64,000 nt of DNA from Eledone cirrhosa (lineage: Eukaryota): NCBI GenBank assembly GCA_964016885.1, contig OZ024741.1, forward strand, positions 270,444,001 through 270,508,000, read 5' to 3'. The notes below the pieces were generated by a model. It was not told the DNA's origin. It searched no databases and was given only the letters and a program-made list of their open reading frames with translations. A program made the translations under genes and the position numbers. Position 1 is the stretch's first letter, and the number at the start of each line of letters is the position of its first letter. Positions 39,755 to 53,554 of the stretch are shown here, one piece after another.

Positions 39755-40295
39755 TGTGGTCTCTCCACACGAAACAAAGTATCATGAAAGTTGAAGCACC
39801 TCAAAGGTCAATTACAAAAAAGATAGATGGCATGACAGGCCTTGACTATTGGAGTCGATTAGAAAAGCTCAACTTTTATTCTCTCTAACGTTGCCGTGAG
39901 TGCTACATTATCTGCATGATGTGGAAAATATTCTATCAGCATTGCCCAAATGGTGTTGGCATCACCTTTAAGGTACACCCAAGGCTTGGGCCCTGTGATA
40001 TCCGCCCACTATCTGCTCACTCACATCTCATAACAACAATACGGCCCCCGCTTTCTTTAGCATTACACCAAAACACATTAAAACGGAAACAGATACCATA
40101 AAGTTCAAGAAGTCTTTGGACAAATTCCTTCAAGAAATTCTGGATAAACCTCCTACACCTGGATATGTCTCTGTAAACAATAACTCTCTACTTGAGTGGA
40201 CCATGGTGTTCAAAGCCTGATTTGAAAGACTTTTCCAGATGGTGCTATTAAGTTAGACAAGGCCTGGATGAAATCTATCAAAGTTATCAAAGTTA
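39755..40295 (+). mobile_element. CR1/L2-like LINE 3' end, degraded
   Basis: LDYWSRLEKLN.YSL.R.RE and FKKSLDKFL motifs; (ATCAAAGTT)n tail. Confidence 0.65.
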
Positions 40296-40319
40296 TATAT
40301 ATATATATATATATATCAT

Positions 40320-42045
40320 AAAGGAGATGCTCTAGATAGAGAAAACTATAGACGCATTAAGTTGGTTGACCAGGTTATGAAGGTCACTGAAGAGTCATAG
40401 CTCAGCTGATCAGAGAACATGTTAACAGATGAGACGCAGTTTGGATTTGTCCTAGGTAAGAGTACCACAGATGCCCTCTTCCTGGTAAGACAACTGCAGG
40501 AGTACTTAGCTAAGAGTAAGCCTCTCTACTTGGCTTTTGTCAGCCTGGAGAAAGCTTTTGACAGAGTCCCCCATTCCACTATCTGGTGGGCTCTTAGGAA
40601 ACTAGGAGTTGATGAATGGCTTGTGAGGGCAGTTTAAGCAATGTATAGAACAGCCAGCAAGGTCAGAATTAACAATGACTCTAGTGAAGAATTTAGTATG
40701 CAGGTTGGTGTCCATCAGGACTCTGTTCTTAGCCCTCTCCTGTTTATTATCGTTCTGCTGGCAATAACGGAAGTGTTTAAGACCGGTTGCCCATGGGAAC
40801 TTCTGTATGCTGATGACCTAACCCTTATAACCGAATCTGTAGCTGAACTAGAAATGAAATTCCAAACCTGGAAGCAAGGCCTAGAATCTAAAGGTCTTAA
40901 AGTCAATCTGGAAAAGACTAAAGTCCTAGTAAGTAGAAGGGAAAATGACCCAGATCTCCTCTGGGAAATGGCCCTGCTCAGTGTGCAGAAAAGGAGTAGG
41001 TAGAAATTCCATTCTATGTACCAAATGCAAGCAATGGGTACACAAGAGATGTAGTGGGATCTCAGGCAGGCTAACAAAGATTGTAGGTTTTACTTGTGGC
41101 CAGGATACAATAACCTTGAAATGCTCAGAGGGCTCAGTAGAAGTGGTTAATAGTTTCTGTTACCTGGGTGACTAAATCAGTAGTGGGGGAGTATGTTCTG
41201 AAAGCACAGTAACCAGAGTGAGATTGGGTTGGAGAAAGTTCAGGGAGCTACTACCCTTACTAACTACAAGAGGTTTTTTTTCCCTCAAAATGAAAGGCAG
41301 ACTGTATGATGCATGTATATGAACAGCAATGTTGCACAGCAGCGAGACCTGGGCATTGTGTGCTGAGGACCTGCGAAGATTGGAAAAAAATGTCCATGCT
41401 TCGCTGGATGTGCAATAGCAATATATGTGAACGTCAAAGTATAAATAGACTGTGTGAGAAATTAGGCATAAGAGGGATCACTTGTGTGCAGGAGAGGAGA
41501 TTGCATTGGTATGGACATGTGATGCATATGAAGGATGACAGCTGTATAATAAAGTGCAGAGTGCTCAAAGTTGATGGTAGCCGTGAAGTGGGCAGGCCTA
41601 GGAAGATGTGGGATGAGGTATTATAAACTGATCTTGAACAATTACACCTCACCAAGGCAATAATACAGGACCGCGACCTCTGGCGCTATGCAGTATTGCA
41701 GAAGATCCGCCCTCTATCATTCTCAGGCTGAGGCTTATACCTAGTAGGCAACACCTTCCTCAACCTTCTCCCCTCTCATACACCTCCCTTTGTGGTAACC
41801 ATCTCTCCCCTATTACCTATGTCCGCAATTTCCCCAAGCTTCTCCACTTCCTTAGTCCCAAGACAAAAATGCCCAGTCTCCACTGTAAAGTGGTCGTGTC
41901 AGAGACATGATAAAAAATGCTGTAAATGTGATTGGTGGTAGGAAGGACACCCAGCTGTAAAAATTCAAGCCAAACTCCTACCTTAAGGGTCAACCCATCC
42001 TACCCATGCTAGTGTGGAAGATGGATGCTAAACGATGATGATGAT
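40320..42045 (+). mobile_element. RTE LINE, 5' truncated, degraded
   Basis: RT motifs with stops/frameshifts, 3' UTR and (GAT)n tail. Confidence 0.9.
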
Positions 42046-42054
42046 ATATATATG

Positions 42055-43790
42055 TGTAGACCCAACAGAGGGACCAACTATTGAGATTGAAGAATATAGG
42101 GTACAAGAGGCCATTAAAGAAATGAAGAATGGTAAGGCTGCTGGACCATCGGGGATAGTTGCTGAGATGCTGAAGGCATCAGGTGAAGTAGGCATTAAAC
42201 TGGTTGCACGCATCATCAATCAAGTTATATATGGTGGTGTCATACCCAAAGACTGGTGAAGCAGTATTCTCATAAATTGTGACAAAGGTAAAAGGGATGC
42301 TCTAGAGAGGAGCAATTATAGGGGCATAAAGCTGATGGATCAGGTTATGAAAGTGGCAGAGAGAATATTAGTGCAACTTATTAGAGAAAGGGTCAAATTA
42401 GATGAGATGCAGTTTGGTTTTGTGCCTCGGAAAAGTACAACAGATGCCCTCTTCTTAGTGAAGCAACTACAAGAGAAGTTCTTAGAGAAGAATAAGCCAC
42501 TATACTTAGCTTTTGTTGACCTAGAGAAGGCCTTTGATAGGGTACCCCAATCTGTCATCTGGTGGTCCCTAAGGAAACTAGGGTTAGAGGAATGGCTTGT
42601 GAGGGCAGTGCAAGCTATGTACAGGGATGCTGTCAGTAAAGTGAGAGGAGGTATGGAGTTTAGTGGGGAGTTCCAGATACAAGTAGGTGTACATCAGGGT
42701 TTGTTCCTCAGCCCGCTCTTGTTCATTATAGTCCTCCAAGCCATAACAGAGGTGTTTAAGACTGGCTGTCTATGTGAACTTCTCTATGCTGATGATCTGG
42801 CTCTTATAGCAGTATCAGTAGAGGAGCTAGAGAATAAATTCTGGCTATGGAAACAGCAGTTGGAATCAAGAGGACTGAGACTGAACATAGCTAAGACAAA
42901 AGTGTTGATAAGTAGAAAAGAGAACTATACTCCGATTCCGTCAGGGAAATGGCCATGTTCGATATGTAGAAAAGAAACTGGCATAAACTGGTATAAAATG
43001 TACACAATGCAGATCTTGGGTACACAAGAGATGTAGTGGGATAGCAGGCAAACTAACAGGTAGGGAAAACTATGTATGCAGTAGATGTATAGGGAAAGTT
43101 GGCAGTAGTAATCGTAGTGATAGACACATTTTTCAAATGCAGGTGGGTTCTATAGAAGTGGTGGATAGCTTCCGGTCCCTAGGTGATCAGATTAGCATGG
43201 GAGGGGGGTGTTCCGAGGCCATAGTATCTAGAATAAGGACGGGTTGGAAGAAGTTTAGGGAGCTGCTTCCTTTGTTGACAAAGAAGGGTTTCTCCCTGCG
43301 TACGAAAGGACGGTTATATGATGCCTGTGTGAGATGCGCGATGCTGCATGGTAGTGAGACATGGGTAGAAACTGCAGAGGATATGCAACGGCTGGGAAGA
43401 AATGAAGCAAGTATGCTCCGTTGAATGTGCAATGTCAATGTGCGTGAACGACCAAGCATAGACGAGTTGAGAAAGAAACTGGGTATAAGAGGGATAAGTT
43501 GTGGTGTGCAGGAGAGAAAGCTGAGATGGTATGGATATGGGATGCGCATGGAGGATGACCGCTGGGTAAAGAAGTGCCAAGAAATCCCAGTAGAAGGAAG
43601 ACACAGTAGAGGTAGATCACGTAAAACATGGGCGGAGGTGGTGAGAGCAGACCTCAGATCGCTGAAACTCACCGAGGAGATGACGAAGGACCGTGACAAG
43701 TGGAAAGATGCTGTGCTGAATAGGACCCGTCCAATCCTTGCAAGCAGGGAAAAGCAGACGTAAAATAATGATGATGATGATGATGATGTA
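42055..43790 (+). mobile_element. RTE LINE, second subfamily, 5' truncated
   Basis: KAAGPSG, FVDLEKAFD, YADD, PHD-like finger, short 3' end with (GAT)n. Confidence 0.92.
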
Positions 43791-44930
43791 TATACACACA
43801 AATGTGGTTGGTGTTAGGAAGGGCATCCAGCTGCAGAAAACCCGCCAGACAGTCCTATGCGAGCAATGACAACCACTCTTGCCTCAAGTGGGAAAACTCC
43901 CGTCCAAACCCATGCAAGCGTGGAACATGGACGTTAAACGATGATGATGATGATGATGATATATATATATATATATTTAGGTCGTTTTGAAAGCCTCAAC
44001 AATGCAGATGGGTAAATCTTCTACACACTATACATCTCAATCTACATTCACTTACATCTCTCTCTCCACCACCGGATCTTGTTACCCGGAGATTTACCCA
44101 TCTGCATTGTTGAGGCTTTCAAAACGACCTAAAGAAATATACCTTATTATTCCACAATGCTTCAAGCAAACTTCAATACTCTCTTATATATATATATATA
44201 TTATGTTGATACCACAAAACATCCAGCCCACACTATAAAGTAATTGTGTAGGTGACATGACAAAAATCATCCAGTCCACACTGTAAAATGGTTGTATAAA
44301 AGACAGGGCAAAAAGCACCCAGCACACACTGTAAATGTGGTTGGCGTTAGAAAGGGCATCCAGCTGTAGAAAACCAACCAGAAACACTCCTATATGAGCG
44401 AAACACGGTCACCCGATTCAACATGCCTCTAAATGGGACAAACCTGTCTAACCCATGCTAGCGTGGAAGATAGACATTAAATAATGATGATGATGATATA
44501 TATATATTCCCTCTCACTTTCACTCCCTAGTAGTCCTTTTCTAACTTACAACTGCTAGGGTTAGACGTGTCTTTTTTCTCTCGACCATTCAGTCTTGAAC
44601 TTAAGTTCTCTCATTGTGTGTTCTTGGATTTTCTTACCTTAAGTTGCTTGCACACTGCTTGGTTTGTTGTCTTTCTTTTCGCTGTTTTTTCAGTTTTCTC
44701 TTTTCATCCCTTTTATTTTCCTTCCCTCCCTCCTCCGTTTTCCCAATAAGTTATCCAGTTATTGACGCTCTGGGCGGTAGATATATTGTCTTTAAAGCGT
44801 AGAAATATCTGAGACCCCCAGTAGACAACTGATGAGGACCCCCCACCCCACCCCCGTTCTTGCTTTCTTCTTACTCCCACTCCATTTTAAGCTCCCTTAA
44901 ATAGCCACTACACAGCCGTTTCTATTCTCC

Positions 44931-44961
<31 letters not shown>

Positions 44962-44992
44962 ACTGCCATGACTGCTATTCTCCATATATATA

Positions 44993-45912
44993 TCATCATC
45001 ATCATCATTTTACGTCCGCTCTTCCCTGCTCGCAAGGGTGAGACGGGTCTTATTCAGCACAGCATCTCTCCACTCATCATGGTTCTTCATCATCTCCACC
45101 GTAAGATTCAACGATCTGAGGTCTGTTCTCACCACCTCCGCCCATGTTTTTCGTGGTCTACCTCTACCACGTCTTCCTTCAATTGGCATTTCCTGGCACT
45201 TCTTCACCCATCGGTCATCCTCCATGCGCATCACATGTCCATACCACTTCAGTCTCCTCTCCCGTACACTACATTCTATCCCTCTCGGACACAGTTTCTA
45301 TCTCAACACATTCATGCTGGGTCGTTCACACACATTTACACTGCACATCCAGCCGTCGCATATCCTCTGCAGTTGCTGCCCATGTCTCACTACCATGCAG
45401 CATCGCGCTCCTCACACAGGCATTATACAACCGGCCTTTCGTACGCAGGGAGAAACCCTTCTTCGTCAACAGAGGAAGCAGCTCTCTAAACTTCTTCCAA
45501 CCCGTCCTTATTCTAGATACTATGGCCTCGGAACACCCTCCTCCCATGCTAATCTGATCTCCTAGGTACCGGAAGCTATCCACCCTCCTGCATTTGAAAA
45601 ATGTGTCTATCAATGCGACTTCTACTGTCTAATTTCCCTGTACATCTACTGCATACATATTTCTCCCTACCTGTTAGTTTGCCTGCTATCCCGCTACATC
45701 TCTTGTGTACCCAGGATCTGCATTGTGAGCATTTTATAGAATTTATGCCAGTTCCTTTTCTGCATATCGAACATGGCCATTTCCCTGACGGAATCAGGGT
45801 TTTGTCCTCTTTTCTACTCATCAACACTTTTGTCTTAGCTAGATTCACTCTCAGTTCTCTTGCTTCCAACTGCTGTTTCCATAGCCAGAATTTATTCTCT
45901 AGCTCCTCTACT
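44993..45912 (-). mobile_element. RTE LINE 3' fragment (same subfamily as 42055)
   Basis: Reverse-complement similarity to ~42820-43790. Confidence 0.9.
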
Positions 45913-45984
45913 ATATATATATATATTAACTGCCATGACTGAATTTTAACCATCAACATAGTCAAAGTATGTCAAGCATCATCT

Positions 45985-46051
45985 TATTTTATCTGATGAG
46001 GACGTACTGTTGTAAATAGCACAGTACCTCTGAAATATGTATAATAAAATA
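45985..46051 (+). ncRNA. Type-I hammerhead ribozyme motif
   Basis: TATTTTAT-CTGATGA-stem II (GTACTGT/ACAGTAC)-GAAA-TATGTA-TA-ATAAAATA. Confidence 0.7.
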
Positions 46052-46114
46052 TACTTGATCACATGAATGTCTATATTTGTTAATATTTTGAATTTATATA
46101 TATATATTAATGAA

Positions 46115-46163
<49 letters not shown>

Positions 46164-46761
46164 ACTAGAAATTGATTGACATGTATATATATTTAAAATA
46201 AACACATGAAACAATTACAGGGGATAATTTGTACAATGTGTAAGCACACATAGCTAGGTAGGTAACTAATTAAAGTTTAACTAGAACTTCAAATATTACC
46301 TTTTAAAAATGATTAATCTTCCTTGTATATATTTCTTTAAAGAAATATATTTCACCAATTAACTGTAAACTCACAGTAGTCAAATCCCAGATCTTCAGCA
46401 AGGAGAAGATTCAACTATCTGCGTTTACACATCAAATGCAAATCTGCGAATGACCGGTCGCACGTATTTCATCCCTAGAACTACACACATCGTGCCAGCG
46501 TCATCCCAGTGGCGTGAATAGGGTTATCGACAGCAAGAAATAGCAGCCGAATCCTTTCAACTGAGTTAGCTCTACAATTAAGGGGCCGTGTATATATCCA
46601 AAATTTAGTAAAATGTGTTTATTTTAAATATATATATATGTCAATCAATTTCTAGTTGATATAAAATGCTTGGATCTATTCTACGGTGGATATAGCGCAT
46701 GTCTCGGACATGACTCCCTTAATTTAACTAAATTTTGGATATATATATATATATATATATA

Positions 46762-47627
46762 CAGGGGGAGGACGATATTTGTTCGCAATTTTCAACTGTT
46801 AATTTTATGCAAATTTTTTTACTTCCGTTGTCACTCTTGTCTTCATAAAAACAGTGACTATATTTCCATTATTTATTTTCAGAATAATTGATTATGAATA
46901 ATTTTGAACCTCCAAATTTGGAATCCGTGCCGGGAGGACAAATAAGGAAATTTCAGACTTTCTCAGCGTCAGCAGGAGAATGGTGTCTCATCCAAAGACG
47001 TGCCCAGAGTCATGCAGACAAAGTTTCCAGCGACAACATTGGTCTTAGGTGTCGTCAGCAGTCAAGGTGACATCATGTCACCTCACTTCTTCCCTGAGGG
47101 CCTCAAGCTGAATACTGATGGCTACATCCACGTTCTGAGCAAGGTAGTAAAGCCCTGGATTGACCAGGTAGCTGCAGGTAGGTCGTACGTGTGGCAGCAA
47201 GAGTCAGCGCCCTGCCATACCAGCCGAAAGACCCAAGCCTGGCTGTCAGAGAACTTCGTCGACCACACTTCACCTGACATCTAGCCTCCCAGCTCACCTG
47301 ACTGCAACCCCCTCGACTTCTTTGTGTGGGGCGCAGTGGAACAAGACACCAACAGATCTAGCTGCAATACGAAAGATGATCTGAAGGCCAAGATCACAAG
47401 TGCCTTTAGTGGCCTAAGTTGGGGGACAGTGACAAAGGCCTGTAGCCGGTTCCGAGGCCGCTTTGAGGCTGTCATGAAAGCCAATGGCGGGTTTATCAAG
47501 TGAGATCGAAAGAACAAGTCATGAAGATAAACTGACCCAAGTTTGATAAATATATCTTAAAAAATAAAACTACTGTGTTATTTTTTCATAGACAGTAATC
47601 TTGTGAAAAAATATCGTCTGCACCCTG
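46762..47627 (+). mobile_element. Internally deleted Tc1/mariner-superfamily (maT/DD37D-like) transposon
   Basis: Imperfect TIRs CAGGG...GACGATATTT with TA flanks; YVWQQESAPCH...(W>stop)PPSSPDCNPLDFFVWG. Confidence 0.85.
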
Positions 47628-47639
47628 TATATATACATA

Positions 47640-48668
47640 CTAGCAGAGGTACCCGGCGTTGCTCGGGTATTAAATAGCAGTTGTGTATACCATTTATGTC
47701 AATACTTCAGTGCTGCTTTGAAAACTATACTTTTACAAAATCATCGGCTTTTTCCAAAAAGGGGTTCCTGCCCCCAGGGGTCTCCTACTCAATATGTGCC
47801 AATTCTGAGAGTTCACATTCATCTGTAGGACAAACGTAGCCCATGTGTCAAGTTTTGTGAAAATCGGTTGCGAACTCCAGAAGTTATGACGTTTTGTTGC
47901 ATTGCACGGCAGTGCTTCAGTCGACTCCAAGAAAGTGGTTAAAGGGGGTTATCTGCTGGGAGGCCCTATAATCAATATCTGGAAAAATGAAAGTACCCAT
48001 GACCATCCGGAGTACATAAGTAACCTATGTCTTAAGTTTGGTGAAAATACTGTAGAAATGCATAAGGTTTATACATATGCGTGCGTGCGTGCGTGCGTGT
48101 GTGTGTGTGTGTGTGTGGGTGTGTATGTATTTGTGTGTGCGTATGTATGTGTGTGTCCGTCGGGGCATACGTATGTACTGGCCTAAATCTTTACTATTTA
48201 CTTTTACTATTTTAATAACCTCTGTCATTTTCGTTTTCAATTTTATCTACATCATTCTTAAACTCTGGGGCTGGAAATCAATCTGTTATTTTAAATAGAA
48301 TATTAGTCTAACGACTCCATTTATACCACAAACTTGGTCTTGTCTTTGCATGAAATTGTTCTTCTCGCTCCACATAACGACGTATTATCCTCGCTTTTTT
48401 CCCGTTCATTGCCAGGGAATGTCTTCACGAACCAAAATATCGTCTTCCTGTTTTCGTTCGGTTGCAACGTTTCTGGAAATATTTACTTCTGCGTTCACAG
48501 ATTACTCTCAGTTCAATTTGAATGGGAAATTCCTGTTTCATCGATTTTCTCCGTAACCATGGAAGCTTGTAACTTGAAAGACGACCCAACGCCTCCTTCG
48601 ACGTTTATCCGACTACACCTACTTACTTAAATATACAACGTCCGACCACTTCCAATTTATATAGTAGA
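47640..48668 (-). mobile_element. Non-autonomous Helitron with both termini
   Basis: Minus strand reads A|TCTACTATATAAA ... CCCGAGCAACGCCGGG hairpin ... CTAG|T, no target duplication. Confidence 0.75.
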
Positions 48669-48670
48669 TA

Positions 48671-49125
<455 letters not shown>

Positions 49126-49135
49126 ATATATATAT

Positions 49136-50473
49136 ATCATCATCATCATCATACGTCCGCTTTTCCCTGCTTGCGGGGGTGGGACAGGTCCTATTCAGCA
49201 CAGCATCTCCCACTTGTCACGGTCCTTCGTCATCTCCTCCGCGAGTTTCAGCGATCTGAGGTCTGCTCTCACCACCTCCGTCCATGTTTATCGTGGTCTA
49301 CCTCTACTGCGTCTTCCTTCTACTGGGATTTCTTGGTCATCACATGTCCATACCATCTCAGCCTTCTCTCCTGCACACCACAACTTATCCCTCTTATACC
49401 CAGTTCTCTCTCAACTCATCTATGCTTGGTCATTCATGCACATTGACATTGCACATCCAACAGAGCATGCTTGCTTCATTTCTCTCCAGCTGTTGCATAT
49501 CCTCTGTTATTGCTGCCTATGTCTCACTGCCATGCAGTATAACGCATCTCACACAGGCATCATATAACCGGCCTTTCGTATGCAGGGAGAAACCCTTCTT
49601 TGTCAATAGAGGAGGCAGCTCCCTAAACTTCTTCCAACCCGTCCTTATTCTAGATACTATGGCCTTGGAACACCCCCCTCCCATGCTAATCTGATCACCT
49701 AGGTACCGGAAGTTATCAACCACTTCTATAGAACCCACCTGCATTTGAAAAATGTGTCTATCACTGCGATTACTACTGTCAAATTTCCCTGTACATCTAC
49801 TGCATATATAGTTTCCCTACCCGTTAGTTTGCCTGCTATTCTACTACATCTCTTGTGTACCCAATATCTGCATTGTGTACATTTTATACCAGTTTATGCC
49901 AGTTTCTTTTCTACGTATCAAACATGGCCATTTCCCTGATGGAATCAGAGTTTTGTCCTCTTTTGTACTTATCAACACTTTTGTCTCAGCTATGTTCACT
50001 CTCAGTCCTCTTGATTCCAACTGCTGTTTCCATAGTCAGAATTTCTTCTCTAGCTCTTCTACTGATTCTGCTATAAGAACCAGATCGTCAGCATAGAGAA
50101 GTTCCCATGGACAGCCAGTCTTAAACACCTTTGTTATGGCTTGGGGGACTATAATGAACAAGAGCGGGCTGAGGACCGAACCCTGATGCACTCCTACTTG
50201 TAACTGGAATTCCTCATTAAACTCCATTCCTACGCTCCCTTTACTGACTGCACCTCTGTACGTAGCTTGCACTGTCCTCACAAGCCATTCCTCTGCACCT
50301 AGTTTCCTTAGGGACCACCAGATGACAGATCGGGGTACTCTATCAAAGGCCTCTAGGTCAACAAAAGCTGAGTATAGTGGTTTACTCTTCTCTAAGAACC
50401 TCTCTTGTAGTTGCCTCACTAAGAAGAGGGCATCTGTTGTACTTTTCCCAGGCACAAAACCAAACTGCATCTC
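49136..50473 (-). mobile_element. RTE LINE fragment (42055 subfamily)
   Basis: MQFGFVPGKSTTDA...YADD with (CAT)n tail on the plus strand. Confidence 0.92.
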
Positions 50474-50680
50474 ATTTAATATGTGTATTAATTATTATTA
50501 AGGCTAAAAAGTGAGTCTTGTTGCTCTGGAGTTTCGCCTGTTTATCACAGGGTATTAAGTACTTCTTTCTCTCAGCCGTCAAACACATATGGATATATCT
50601 ATATTGTCTATATTTATATACAGTATATATATATATATATATGTGATGATGCACACACATATACATGCATACACACACAC

Positions 50681-50745
<65 letters not shown>

Positions 50746-50893
50746 CAAAGGGATATCTAATTTGTTAGTAATTCAACAAATATATTTATAACAGATTCGA
50801 ATCACTCGACAGGTTTTCTGGAGTATAGAAACGGAAACTTGAACCGTTAAGGTCTGATTCCTTGGTATGTCACTATTTATAAAACAAACTTTG

Positions 50894-50954
50894 TATTTTA
50901 TCTGATGAGAGCGTACCAACGTTTTGGTACCCTTGAAATATATATAATAGAATA
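50894..50954 (+). ncRNA. Type-I hammerhead ribozyme motif
   Basis: TATTTTAT-CTGATGA-stem II (GTACCAA/TTGGTAC)-GAAA-TATATA-TA-ATAGAATA. Confidence 0.7.
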
Positions 50955-51017
50955 AATATGGTTTTATAAATATAGTTTCCAGGGTAAAGGAGATACCCTA
51001 GATATATATATACATAT

Positions 51018-52862
51018 GGTAAAGGAGATGCCCTAGATAGGAGTAACTATAGAGGCATTAAATTAATCGACCAGGTCATGAAGGTCACAGAAAAAGTAAT
51101 AGCGCAACTAATCAGAGAGAGAATTGATCTAGATGAAATGCAGTTCGGGTTTGTGTCAGGTAAAAGTACCACAGACGCTCTTTTCATTGTACGACAACTA
51201 CAGGAGAAGTACCTAGCTAAAAGTAAACCCCTATACTTAGCTTTTGTCGACTTGGAGAAAGCCTTTGGCAGAGTCCCCCGTTCCATTAACTGGTGGGCTC
51301 TTAGAAAACTAGGTGTTGATGAATGGTTTGTGAGAGCTATACAAGCCATGTATAAAGAAACAGTCAGCAAGGTTAGAATTAACAACGAATATAGTGAAGA
51401 GTTTAGCGTAAAAGTTGGTGTTCATCAGGGCTCCGTTCTTAGCCCCCTACTATTTATTATTGCCCTTCAGGCTATAACAGTGGAGTTCAAGACCGGCTGC
51501 CCATGGGAACTCCTATATGCAGATGATCTAACGCTCATAGCTGAATCAATGGCCGAACTAGAGAAGAAATTTCAAACATGGAAGCATGGCCTAGAATTAA
51601 AAGGCCTTAAAATTAACCTGTCTAAGACTAAAGTTCTAGTTTGTAGGAAGGAAAATAGGGCACCGGTTCCATCCGGGAAATGGCCATGCTCAGTGTGTAG
51701 GAAAGGAGTAGGTAGAAACTCCATTTTATGTCCCAAATGCAAAGTATGGGTGCATAAAAGATGTAGTGGGATCACAGGTAAGCTAACTAAGAACATAGAT
51801 TTTATATGTGGCCGGTGCTCTGGTACAATAAGTAGCAGCAAGTGCCCACAGAATACTAGCTCATTCCATTGCACAGATGGTTCTATAGAAATAGTGGACA
51901 CCTTCCGTTACTTGAGTGACAAAATCAGCAGTGGTGGAGGGTGCTCTAAAAAGTACAGTAGCTAGAGTCAGAACTGGATGGAAAAAGTTCAGAGAGCTTA
52001 TACCACTATTAGCCGCTAAAGGGTTCTCTCTAAAAATGAAAGGCAAGCTGTATGATGCCTGCATATGAACAGAAATGTTACATGGGAGTGAGACCTGGGC
52101 ATTGTGTGCAGAGAATATACGCAGACTGGAGAGGAACGAAGCTTGCATGCTCCGCTGGATGTGTAATAGTAATATACGTGAACGGCAAATCATAAACGAA
52201 CTAAGGGAAAAATTAGAAATAAGAGGGATCAGATGTTGTTTACTTGAGAGAAGACTACGTTGGTATGGTCACGTGATGCGCATGAAAGACGACAGCTGTA
52301 TAAAAGAGTACAGGGCAATAAAAATAGACGGTAGCCACGGAGTAGGCAGACCCAGAAAAACCTGGGACGACTTGATAAATTCCAACCTCACACACTTACA
52401 CCTCTCCAAGACAATGTCACTGGACCGAGATCTTTGGCGCTACACAGTAATACAGAAGACCCGCCTTACCTAAGTACAAAGTGAAACCTACTACAGTCAG
52501 TAGGCACCTCTAACAAAAATACACCCCCGTCCCACTACCCCCACCCCATCCACACCACCCCTTTCAATGTAAAGTTATGTTGGTACCACAACATCCAGTC
52601 CGAAATAAATGAGGTCATGTAGGTGTCACGACAAAAAAACACACAGTCCACGCTGTAATGTGGCCGTGTAGGTAACACGATAAAAACCTCCCAGTCCACA
52701 CTGTAAACGTGGTTGGTGTTAGGAAGGGTATCCAGCCGTAGAAAACCCGCCAGACAGTCCTATGCAAGCAAGACAACCAATCTTGCATCAAGTGGGAAAA
52801 TTCCCGTCCAAATCCATGCAAGCGTGGAAGATGGACGTTAAACGATGATGATGATGATGATA
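51018..52862 (+). mobile_element. RTE LINE, 5' truncated, same subfamily as 15460-18030
   Basis: 295-aa RT ORF nearly identical in translation to 15731-16918; complete 3' UTR and tail. Confidence 0.95.
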
Positions 52863-52865
52863 TAC

Positions 52866-52908
<43 letters not shown>

Positions 52909-53554
52909 TATATAACTTGATGATTTCATACAAATGTAATGGAAACTTCTTGTCCTTCTATATATAATATATATCATTTCTATATATAATATATATGTGT
53001 GTGTGTGTGGTATAAATGCAGTGAGATTATTTTACTTATTTCAAGCTCAAGTGCCAATGATAATTTATTAAGGAGTTATTTCCCTTTAGTACCATATACC
53101 AGAAAGTAAAGCATTAACATGGGTATATACAAACACTATACAGATACAGACCTGCCAACCCCTGAAAAACCCAACAGGAAGTACCATGAAAAAAAGTTCC
53201 CGGAAGAGAGGAGTAATGAGGCAAAATTGGGGAGATGTTACATAATGAAAACTATACCCATTTTCTGAAGAGAAGACATCTGTCACCCACCCCAAGTGCC
53301 AGATAGAGAGAGTTGACAGGCCTGCCCATATATTATATGTATATACATATGTGTATGTGTTATGTATACTATGACACAAAGGTTTGCATGAATAACAAGT
53401 AAAAAAGTACTCAATACGTATTGTAAAGCTTTATCATATTTCTTACAAGCTGAAAACTACACTATCCCTTCCCTGCAGTTTTACATTAATGACATCTGGA
53501 TGACAAATGGTTTTTCTATAATGTTTAGTGGTAAGAGTGTAGGACTTATGATCA

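Noticed and set aside
44780-44850. CTGATGAG at ~44829 as a hammerhead
   Set aside because: No downstream stem II or GAAA; at most a decayed Penelope-type end.
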